Shown here in pieces: positions 48,793 to 59,823 of a stretch of DNA of 64,000 nt. Below the pieces are notes generated by a model. The model was not told the DNA's origin and ran no database searches. It saw only the letters and a program-made list of their open reading frames with translations. The stretch spans positions 1-64,000 of the forward strand of contig RHPI01003788.1 of assembly GCA_009103225.1 (NCBI GenBank). The letters run 5' to 3'. Made by a program: the position numbers and the translations under genes. The DNA comes from Chlorokybus atmophyticus. Lineage: Eukaryota; Plantae; Mesostigma and Chlorokybus algae. Each line of letters begins with the position of its first letter. The stretch's first letter is position 1.

Positions 48793-51700
48793 TACACTAC
48801 ACATACCTAGCATGTGAATCTACCCTAAGCGACCTAGATAAGTAAAAAAACGCTTTTTGAAATTTTTACTATTCTTGAGGTTGTCTTCGTGGCACTTCAT
48901 GCGGTTCTCCTCGCCCTTCATCAGCTGCTGTGTTGATTGTTGTACCACTTTAATTAGCTGTCTTTGCATGCCCACCATGTCCTTTAACTGCTCAACCAAA
49001 GCAGCCAACGACTTGTTCAGCTCAGACAGTTGTGGTGTAAGCACCCTCAAGGCAGGACGTATTGAACAGCGACGTTGACACAAATCTGCAACCCAGCGCT
49101 GCTTGGATGTGCATGCACATAGGTGCGCACAATCTGTATATGCTTGTGCGCGACTATGCATGCCTGCATGCACAGAATTTAACGAGACGCCGGCCGGTTT
49201 CTTGCGAAGCACCCTCAACGCAGCACGCTCTTCAATGGAGGTTGTGGGCAGCATCGAAGTCCACAGCAAACTGCAACAGTGCAACTTGAGTACTTGTGTG
49301 CATGCATGCAAGTGCTCACAAGATGTCTGACGTTGTTCGTGACTGTGCATGCAAACACGTAAATGATTGTCAAGGCTATTGCTTTCAGCTCAGCCACATT
49401 GTTGACCAGAGTGTGAAGTCAGCAGTTGATTTGGGTGTGAACGCAAGTACACAACCGTGCATGAGAATGATGGCGCATGCACTTGTGCGCGCACGCGCAT
49501 ATACGCACATATGCAAAGCAACTAGTGCGTCCACAACAACTTACACCAAGAAAAAATCTATAGCACGCACAGACGAAACAACATCCAGCGTGTTGTGCCA
49601 GCGTTGGCGCATCACACTTACGTATGCACAGTAACACATGCCAGCACAACACCTGCCCTAGCATGCAACCACTTAACAACCCTTCACAGCCACAGCTACG
49701 TACTTGAATATAAATCATCCATGCTTGAGCACCCTACGCCGCCCCCACGCCCCTCCGTGAGCCGCTACCGCCGCCTCCACCGACGCCGACGCCGCCAGCG
49801 CCGCCGACCCACGTCTGCGCAGACAACCCTGCTGCGCAACACAGAAGTGCTAACAGACGTATTTGTTATTTGACGAGTAATTAACTTTGTAGAAAATAAT
49901 TACTACATCGAAAATGCTCAATCATTGCGCCGCAGCCAATCCGCGCTTGTCATCGCAGAGGTTCCGGCCTCCCATAACGCTCGAAGGCAGCATGGGATTG
50001 TGTTTGTCGAGCATGCGATGATGGTGCCACGTCAACCGCCACGTTGGAAATGGCTGGTGCCACATGTGTATATGCCAATGCCACCTGTACACTTTGTGCT
50101 CGACCAATGCAAGCGCAACATGCATGTCTGAAAGCAGTTTTGGAGCGATTACGGGCCGCGTGGCCGCGACCGTACTTTATTACGGCGCAATCGCAGCGTT
50201 GCACACCATGTCTGAACGGGCTCCTAGAGGTAGGTCAGAACGACCAAACTAAGCGCTTGGCCTGGCTGCGCCTGGCTGGCCGCTAAACCAGGCCAGCCTG
50301 CGTGGACTTGATGCTGCGGCGGCAGCGTAGGCAATGCCACGCTGCCGGCTCAACAGTGAGAAAGCCAGACGGCTTTTGCCATGGCAAAGCTTATGCCGGC
50401 CCGATTAGTGTTTGTGTGGACGATGTAGCGTTCGTCGTTGTGTCATGTTGCGTGGTTGGCGTCGAGGCAGCACTGATTGCGCGTGTTGATATCGGTCACT
50501 GCACCATGCATATGCATGGTTTAGTGACCGTGTTCAGCACTGATTAATCAGTGTCGGTTGAGCGCTACACATCCATGTCGATGTGATGTCGATGTGTCTT
50601 GTGTTGCCGATGTTGCCGATACCAATTGTGAGATTTCAGTGGTGCGTGTTTGTTCGCAATGACAAGACGGGTGCGCTCAAATTCAAATTAGCCAATGAAA
50701 CCGTCGCTGTACGGCAGTCATGGGCTGAAAATGTACTGTAACAGTACTTTTCGTGCATCAGGTCTTAGATTTTGCGTTTCCGTTACGTGCGGCATTTATG
50801 CTTTAATATAGATAAATATATACTTGGTGTGTTTCACATGTATATATATGTATACGCATGTACGTATTTAATTGTATATGTTGAGATATGTGCATGTGAA
50901 AACTATGTATATACGCATATTTACACAATTATATGTGTGCATAATAAGCACGTAGGTGTGTGTGTATGTATGTACATACATATCTGCACAAGTATATACA
51001 CACATAAGAATACATATACATACAAACATATTAATATGAGTACTTGTTTGTGTGTGTATATATGTGCGCATAAAAACACATATATGTTATGTATATCTCG
51101 GCATGTCAGAACGTGTCACTGTAATACCTGTTGATGCGGGAGGTGCCCTATATTATGCTGTTTAATAAAAATCGATGAAGGCCACCACAAACAACTTCCT
51201 TCATCGCTAACAACTGACAGCACCGGCAACAGCACTGATTCACTACCATTACAATACAGCGACCACAGCGCCGACACGACTGATGGACGACAGTGAACAC
51301 ATACTGAGCACCGCATTCAATCAGTCGTGTTCAAGGGGGGTTCACAACCCATCTACGCTTTGTTACGTCACCAAGCTTCATCGTGACCGTCCGTCTACTA
51401 CAATATCAAGCAGCCGGCATAAGCAAAAGCCTCTCACTGTCAAGGCCTACATACGGCGCCACCAGGCCAAGCCGACCAAGTCAGGCGCTTGGCCTTGCAA
51501 TGTAAATGGTTCATCGTATGCAAAGTAGTACCATTGCGTCGGCGGGAACCAATTAAACAGATATTGGCGTCGTGCTTGCCGGTACACTAACAGCATTGTA
51601 GTACTTGTCCCGCGGCCACCGCATGCAATGGACGCTGTATGCTCTTGTAAATAGGAGTTATGGTGACCGCAAGTTTCGTTTGCCCTCTGCTCTAACGGTA

Positions 51701-52547
51701 ACGGGATGACAACATTGTGACCGTTCAACCCTTGTCAGTCGGCTTGCGTTTACGCGCGCGTCGCTATGGACGCGTCACACTACACGGCAACACAGTAATG
51801 TCAGCCGGCGAGTGCAAGTGGCTGGCAGCAATCCGCGCAAGTGCCAGTTTTCTACCGTCAGATCGACAAAGCGTACATTTAGACCGTCAGAAGCACACCT
51901 TCACGTTTGATGATTGCTTAAGTAAAGGCAAATCAACGCGAACATAAGCAAATAATGCACGAAATGAGCACGGTGTGCACATGGCATTCGATGGACCATA
52001 TACGCATATACAATGTGTATATTTGCGGTATATTAATATTCATATACATACATATATACATGCATGCATAAATACGCATATATATAAAGGGGGGGGGGGG
52101 GGGGGGGGGTTNNNNNNNNNNNNNNNNNNNNNNNNNNNNNNNNNNNNNNNNNNNNNNNNNNNNNNNNNNNNNNNNNNNNNNNNNNNNNNNNNNNNNNNNN
52201 NNNNNNNNNNNNNNNNNNNNNNNNNNNNNNNNNNNNNNNNNNNNNNNNNNNNNNNNNNNNNNNNNNNNNNNNNNNNNNNNNNNNNNNNNNNNNNNNNNNN
52301 NNNNNNNNNNNNNNNNNNNNNNNNNNNNNNNNNNNNNNNNNNNNNNNNNNNNNNNNNNNNNNNNNNNNNNNNNNNNNNNNNNNNNNNNNNNNNNNNNNNN
52401 NNNNNNNNNNNNNNNNNNNNNNNNNNNNNNNNNNNNNNNNNNNNNNNNNNNNNNNNNNNNNNNNNNNNGGGGGCTTCTATACGGGTACATACGGTATGTG
52501 CATGTGTATCTATATCTCACATATAAGCCGTAGTACACATGCACATA

Positions 52548-52663
52548 CCGTATTTACCCCCCTATAGAAGCCCCCCCTTTTACCCCTTGTAAATGGAGGG
52601 GGCTTGTCATGGGGAGCTTGTACTGCACCTGTTATAGGGGAGGGCTTTAACGGGTAAATACGG
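52548..52663. mobile_element. 116-bp Tc1/pogo-type MITE
   Basis: TA|CCGTATTTACCC ... GGGTAAATACGG|TA: perfect 12-bp TIR with TA on both sides. Confidence 0.75.
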
Positions 52664-54292
52664 TATCTGTATATGTATATGTACACAAATATCAACATTC
52701 AAGCCAGTGCATACTTATATACAGGTGTACAAATTTGTGTGCATTTGTACATATGTAACTAAAAACGGTCATTTTACCCACTTTATCGAGCGGATTTATA
52801 TCAACAGCCGCAACGTGCCACATTCCGGCCAGATTGTCAAACAATGCAGTTACGAAAAGCGTCCAATCACCGGGCAGCAACGTGTAAGGCGCCAAATGAG
52901 GCATTGTTGGATGGTTCAACGTAGAACTTGCAATCACCATAACAATTCCGACTGATACTACAAATACGTGCGTACGATGTTGAATCAAGCACTGTGTCAG
53001 TAAGGCAAGTTAAAGTGGCAAGCAGCGTTGGACGGTTGATGTGTGAACGTGTGCATGCAATTGATTGTGAGTATACAAGATTGTTTGTGTGTGCAATATT
53101 GCACGCATACAAATTTGTAATTGATAATAACACACACGGAGGTCGAACATGCACGTGCGTAAGACTGTCGGTACACTGTGGGGATAGACAGTCGACATGC
53201 CTACACACTTGTGTAGGTATGTCAACGGTGCGCAGTCATTGTGTTTAGTGCGCAACTTAAAGGTCTGTTGAAATCCAACATGGTTGCGCACACCTATACA
53301 CACACTGAGTTTAACCTTCTGGCTGAGATGGAGAGGTGTTCTTACTTTGAGTGTCTTGTTGCACTTACAAGATGTGATTATAGGCTACTACCACAACTTC
53401 TGCTGAGGCAACTGCTGCTGCGGCTGCTGCGGCTCCGGTCGATGTAGCAACGGCTCTGGCTGTTGCAGCAACGGCTGCTGCGGCTGCGGCTATGATTACA
53501 AGCAGCTTAACTATAATGAACAACAACATTAATATCAACAACAAAGCAGCAGCAGCGGCGAGAAACTGCTGCAAGCGTAAAGCTGTTGCTATGATAATTG
53601 AGTACAAGGAACATGCAAAACATTTGCAATAAGAACACCACAGTGTGGAACGAACAACAATCCCATCTAGGGTTAAATGCTCCAATTTCGGCAAAATAAG
53701 CTAGCAAGCCTAATAACTCACGGGGGGTTCATTGATTGGCAGATATGTGAGAGGCAAAGTTGAAGCCTATCCAATAACCCACATGTAGGTAATCTTTATT
53801 TATTTTTCTAACAAGTAACGCGACAGCTATGCCGCGCCAAGCATGTCAGTGTAGAGGCTGGTGGCTAAAATGGCATCTGACCTTATTTCGGCGCCAGCCT
53901 TCCCTTACTACAGTGAGGGTGAGCACCGGCCTTTGCATGTGGGTGGCAGGGGATATGTGGCGGCTGTGCTAACACTGGCAGCTGGCTATTCTCGCCACAT
54001 GAAAGGCGGGAAGCTGGATTACACAGCTTTCACTCCGCCTTAGGCAAGTTGTGCTTATGCATGTGCGCGGTGTTGTCGTGGGCGGCAAGGCAACCATTAC
54101 AGCAGGGCTAGCAAGGTAGAGTGATAAGAGGGTTGCATGTAAGGGTGTAGTTTGTCTTATGTATAGGAGTTACAAGGTTCTGCACTATGCTATTGCTATA
54201 GGCCTGGGTAGAAGTGAAACCTACTGTTTATGTTAAGCAGCACGCTTTGCTCATCAGCGTGTGCCTGCATCTTTGCAATTTTCTCTTGGCCA

Positions 54293-56341
54293 TTATGAGT
54301 ACATGCGGTTGATGAATACAGACCACTCAAGGAATGGCTCATGGTGCTTGCTGGTCCACAGCATAGGGTCCCAGTCCCACTGGTTGAACAAGATTGTGGC
54401 TTCTTGACGTGTCCCCTTGCGCCGCTCCTGGTCTAAGCGTGCTGCTGCATTTCTTTCCGCATGTTCTTGTGCTTGCTGTGCTTGCTTAGCCACTGCCTCT
54501 GCTGCTTGTACAGCACGTTTGGTTGCCTTTTTGTGCATGCTGTGCTGCTGCTTTGGCTGCTTGCTGCTCTTACCTTGCTGCAGATGTCTGAGCCTTTGGG
54601 CTGCTGCAAGTGCTCGCTCTGCACGGCTACAGCACGTGCATCTTTCCTTTGTTAAACAACTTCCTTCTCTCTCCTGTTGTCCTCTATAAGCTCAAAATGC
54701 CGATTCCAATGTCTTTGTGTGCGAGCCATTCTGCATTCTGGGTCTGACTCTGACCTTATTAGGTGGGGGGGAGCACTGGCGTCTGCTGCTGGTGTTGCTG
54801 TCTCTTCTCTGGGTTCCTCGTCTGCTCTGAGCTCCCGGTTGACACCATCAACGGCGTCCATTAACACATCCAGCCGTCCCTTTGGGGGCTCTAGAGGCAG
54901 GTACTTGTCCACCGCACAGTCATTCCAGAGAGAGATGCCTGCATGCACAACTGTGGGACACAAATTTTCTGCATGGCATCACAGAAGGACACACATAGCC
55001 ACTCACTTACCGCATGCCTTGCAGCCATCCACTATGTTGCTTACACTTAGCCTTGCATGAAAGCATGGCACGAGCGTCTTCATTCGGGAGCCCTCTTACA
55101 TGCCTGTTCTGGTTTTTCCATGCCCGGTACTCCTTCCGATACTGCGCTTTGAAACTGCTTAAGCAGGATACATCAAGCACCTGCAATCGATGTGTCGTCT
55201 GTGGGGGCATGACCAGCATCTCCAGTCCCATTCCCTCGCACTTGTCTATTGTAGCCACATTGTAACGACTCACGTGGCCATCACACATCAGCAGCACAGG
55301 GTTGCAAAGACTGATACCACCAGGCATGTGCAAAGCCAGATGATCAATCCAGGTGGCGAAGTGCTCAATAGTCATCAAAGCGTTTTCTTGCACGCTAAGA
55401 GAAGCATCAAGGAGGTTGAAGGCTGTTGGGTAAAGATGCTTGCCATTTAGGTCTGCAGGTGGAGGAGTAGCATAGCCAGAAGCTGTCACAACCGCCATCA
55501 AGGTGATATGTTGTTTTGCACCAGATGTTGCCAACTGTGCCCATTTTAATCCACTGCACACAACAGTGTTGTTAGCAAGGTCAGCACCGCATGCTTGCTA
55601 GCCACTATGCATTGCAATGCTTGCACTCACCTTTTTACCACCACTTGCGTGTTCCTCATTATAGAGTTCGGCTCTATGCCAATCTCATCACAGGAAACAA
55701 TGCTCTGATCATATGCCCATCACCTGCAGCACCTCCTTGAACCGCTTGAGTAGTTCTTGACAATCCACCTCTTGAAGCTGGTGCGTCTGCTGGCATCCAC
55801 TGGCTCAGTCTTGCGCTTGCTGAGCCTGTTCCGTTTCATGAACAGCCTCACCCACTTGTCACCACGTACCCCATGGTTAAAACTCTTCTCCCCGCATGTC
55901 CTTGCATAGCATCTAAGCCACATGCACTGCAATTTCATTTGTTGTCATTGCTTGCCCAATGTCATTTTAGTAGGTACGGAAGGTTTGACCAACTATGCCT
56001 CCTCTTCTGTGATTAGTACATCGTTTTCCCCGCTCCCCTGCACACGCAAGCCAGCATGAGTCCAGCTACCAACACTACCAAATGTGCAGCAACACAATGT
56101 AAACTTATTCGTAATATTGTAAGCGTTCAAGACTACAAATGTAGTGTTTCATTGTGGACTTAGGCACGCCAAGGTCTCGGGCAGCCTCTGCAGCTGTCAT
56201 ACATCTAGGCTGCACATCATTGATAGCCTCCTTCACAGCGGGGAGGAGGAGTTCTCTATCTTTCCTCTTCAAATAGGGGCCCCTCTTGTGCTGGTTTTGC
56301 TGTGCCATCTCACGTAGATGCACTTGCTGTTGGTGACGCAT
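54293..56341 (-). pseudogene. pogo/Fot1-like transposase relic (HTH_psq, HTH, DDE_1)
   Basis: AEAARDLGVPKSTM; GDKWVRLFMKRN; ITLMAVVTASG; PVLLMCDGHVSR; MPPQTTHRLQVLDVSCLSSFKAQY. Introns and stops present. Confidence 0.85.
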
Positions 56342-57663
56342 TTAGCACTAGATGCTGCAGTCCTTATCACCTGCACACAAGCTCGCATGAGTGCCTTTCT
56401 TAAGGCACAATGACTAACACATGGCGCCTGCAGTGCGTGCCGTTCACGGCACAAGCAGTCAACTTCTTCGGCGCAGACGGCACAACCAGGCTCTTCTGTC
56501 GGGGCTTCCTGGTAGAAAAAGCTGTCCGCGGTCGGTATGCAGCTTGCAATCTTGTGCCGGCATCGGCGCCTTTGCTCCCTTGTGCCAGTGACAGCACAAG
56601 ATAGTCCAAGCTGAAGTCGGCACAATAGAGTTGGTGCCGTGATCGGTACAAGGTTCCACATCCCGATCACGGCACGAGACCAGCGATCCGTTGACGGTTC
56701 GCCAATCATTGTGCCGCTACCGGTGCAGAAAACTTATGCCGAGAGCGGCACAGTAGACTTGTACCATAGCAAAGCAGCAGCCTTCTCTCCTCCTGCGCTG
56801 TGACCGGCAGCGGATTACATCAGTGGCTTGTGCCGAGAACGGCACAACACCCTCGTACCGATCAGCAGCCTTGGAGCTGAGCTGAGCTGAGCCGGAGCTT
56901 GAGCTGAGCTGCATTCTTGAAGAAAAAGAAAGAGGCGGCGGCGCGAGCTGCGGCTGCTGGTTTACTTGGAGAAGCCAATGGCATGAGCTACTGCTGCTGC
57001 TGCTGCTGAGCTGCTTATGAGAAGAAGCTGCTTCTACCAAGAAGCAGATTTGGCAAAAATCGCACAGCAGCTGGAGCTGGAGCTGAGCTGCGGCAGGTTG
57101 GATGAAACTGTGTCTGGATTCTTGGGTTCTTGAGGACGGTGGCTGAGCTGCTGCTGCTGTTGAACTGAGCTGCTGCTGCAGAGCGGAGCTACTGCTGATA
57201 CGAAGCGGAACTGCTGCTGCTGCAAAGCGGAAGTGCTGCTGCTGCGGAGCAAAATTGCTGCTGTTGCGGAGCGGAGCTGCTGACAAGCTGCTGGGGAGAA
57301 GGAGCTACTTCTGCTCACAAGCTCTTGCTGGTAAGGCCTATACTAGCTTGTTATTGTTGATTGATTTGTCTCTATCAGTGAGGCTTGGTCGAGAGTGTCT
57401 CCCTTACAGTCTGTTAGCTTGCTGCTGGGCGTCTTGCATGCAGTCTCACTTGTTCATGGTAAATGCTTGTAGTTGCTCCGTTCTCGTTTGCTAAATCCAA
57501 GAAATTAGTGACCGCTAATGCCAACTATTAGCCCCCAAATTGTCCGTCATATGCTGTCATTGTTAGCAGTATTCAAGTCCGACTTACACGCGATCATCTG
57601 CAGCCATGGCAGGACGCATTGTTCAACAGTCTGCTGTTCCCCCAATCTTCCGGTTTTGCCAAG

Positions 57664-58045
57664 TGTTGAAGTTATTCCTACATCCGGTCAGCTTGCCCTC
57701 TGCAAAGGAATACACAAGAGGACCTCGATGACTCCGGACTGAGTTCGAGCAAACTGCAAAGCAAGGCCTTACAAGAACCGTTTGGGGTTTTGATGTATAC
57801 GAAGCCGAATGACACGTGGAGTAGCTTGTTGGATAGATCTTGAAGTTAGCTACGTGGTGCAACTTACAGCACAGGATTTGGTTGAGTAGATCGTACGGTG
57901 TGGCTTGTAGACCAGCAATGTGTGTATCTGGTGCAGAATTTGGCGGGTATAAGACCCGCGGACTTGTTGCCTTAATATAAGCTGTAGTGTTGTGATGTAG
58001 CATGTCACCCATGTGCATGTGCTTGTCAACGTGTGTATGTCAACA
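57664..58045. mobile_element. Solo LTR (382 bp), TSD CCAAG
   Basis: CCAAG|TGTTGA...TCAACA|CCAAG. Absent from the first CACTA copy. Confidence 0.93.
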
Positions 58046-58869
58046 CCAAGTGCTCACCGTCCTGTATGGGTAGTTACTCCAGCTTTAAGGATACATACAC
58101 AGACAGAGATGCATACACAGACAGAGATACATACAGCTAGCAGCAGCATACCTACAGCAGCAGCATACATACAGGTAGCCGCTTGGACACAGACAATAAA
58201 ACATGCAAAAATGCAACTATGTAAGCATGAACCAAGCAAGCTCAACTTTATCTGCTGCACAACTTGGTCGGTGAGCTGCTGCAACTCGGAGCCGTGAGGG
58301 AGCTTCTCTTTGGGCGTTGCTCCTGGCAGTTTCTCAAACTGTTCAGGGCCCACACGAATTTTGGTGCAGGTGAAGGAGCCAACGTGTTGCTTGACCTTGC
58401 TGACGACGGACCTCTGCAACAAGACGTGACAATATTTGCAGCGCCTAGGCTGCTCTGCACCAGACTGCCAGTATGCACTAGCCTCTGCCTTGCCCTTCAT
58501 GCTTGCTATGCTCAATACGCTGCAACAGCTCAACGCTTCAAAAACCGAGGCCACCAAGCACGCCGCCGCCACACACAGGAATAGCCGTTGTATGTCCTAT
58601 GTATGCTGCTGTGGCTATTTATTACTCAGGAGTCCTAACCCTAACCCTAACCCTAACTTGTGCGCAGCTGACTTCTGCGCAGTAAGACTCCGCAGAAGCA
58701 CAGCTGTCCGCAGTGCTTCGGCGGCGGCGGTGGCGGCGGCGGAGGTGGCGGTAGTGAAGGTGGTGGCGGGGGTAAAATCGGTGGTTGACTGTTTTGCGTC
58801 TTGGCGTTTCCGGGCCTACTTGCTAGGTTGCGGTGCTGGAAGCTTTTTTTTTTTTTTTTTTTTTTTTTT

Positions 58870-59030
58870 GGTAAATCTCAACATGCTATTTTCCAGAAGA
58901 TTTACTTTGTTAAGTGCGCAGCATAAAATCTATTAATGGTTTCCCTTTCTGTATAGTTGAGGGGTTTAGAGCCTTTCGTTTCAGGCTCACGATCGTTACT
59001 CGCAATGAAATTATATCTTCTAAGGCGCAT
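58870..59030 (-). other. Probable 5' part of a group II intron following the tRNA-Pro exon
   Basis: Begins ATGCGCC (GUGYG-like) at the 38/39 position. AT-rich, with a GAGCC-TGAAACGAAA-GGCTC hairpin and a GGGAAACC motif. Confidence 0.5.
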
Positions 59031-59069
59031 ACCCAAAACAGATGCGCTACCGGACTGCGCTACACCTTG
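59031..59069 (-). tRNA. trnP: 5' exon (positions 1-38) of an organellar-type tRNA-Pro(UGG); fragment, NUMT/NUPT-like
   Basis: CAAGGTGTAGCGCAGTCCGGTAGCGCATCTGTTTTGGGT gives the acceptor 5' strand, D arm GCGC/GCGC, and anticodon TGG. The sequence diverges exactly after position 38. Confidence 0.75.
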
Positions 59070-59357
59070 TTTATTNAACTTCGCGGATCCTTGAAGACGT
59101 GCAAAAGTTGAACAGGGATGAGCCGAGGTTGCAAGCTGAAGATAAAGAGGAGCAGGACGAGACGGGAGCACAACCTGGGGACACAGGTGTGCTTGCTTTC
59201 AACTAGTCTGCTGCCAAGCTGCTGGTGCAACTTAGTTGCTCCTGCAGCTGAAGCTCTGCTTGCTCATTGGTATGCTATGGTCTGCAACTTCAATCAAGCT
59301 AAAGCTACAACTCGATTGAACCTGCGGCTTGGCTGAAGCTGCAGCTTGAGTAAAAGT

Positions 59358-59823
59358 TGTTGAGGATATTCTTGTATCCGGTCAGCTTGCCTTGTGGATA
59401 TAAATAGCCGCGAGAAGATTCAGGCGCGAGAAGGTTCCAGTCGAGAAAGGTCCAGACGAGGACTTCAGTCGAGAAGGTTCCAGGCGCGGAGTCGAGTCCG
59501 GAGTCTGGAGACTTCCAGGCGCTGTAGAAACGTTGTAGCTCGGTGGTTACGTCATTGTATGGCGCGTGTCATAGCTTGTTGGAAAGCTCTTGAAAGTAGC
59601 TACGTGGTGCAACTTAGAGCGCAGGAATCGGTTGAGTGTAGAAGTCGTGGTGGCTTCTAGAGTAGACAGGTGCAGAACTGGCGGGCATAAAAGCCCGCGG
59701 TATGACTTTGTTGTAATCCTTAGAAAGCCTTTTGGATCAGCCTTGTGTGTATGCTCTGGTAGGGTGTGTGTACTTGTGCTTGCACCAACTCCATGCATGG
59801 TCAGTAGTGTCCGAATCTCAACA
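59358..59823. mobile_element. Solo LTR (466 bp), TSD AAAGT, related to 57664-58045
   Basis: AAAGT|TGTTGA...TCAACA|AAAGT. Shares ATCCGGTCAGCTTGCC and TAGCTACGTGGTGCAACTTA with the other solo LTR. Confidence 0.93.

Noticed and set aside
48820-50300. Coiled-coil minus-strand fragments as a Harbinger Myb/SANT gene
   Set aside because: No convincing Trp-spaced Myb repeat, no partner transposase and no TIRs found.
50772-52544. ORFs in AT/CA-rich sequence and across N gaps
   Set aside because: Microsatellite-derived or open only because of Ns (also 17213-18027 in the alternative frames).
53365-53707. Ala/Leu-rich ORFs
   Set aside because: CTG/CAG/CAA low-complexity sequence with no recognisable domain.
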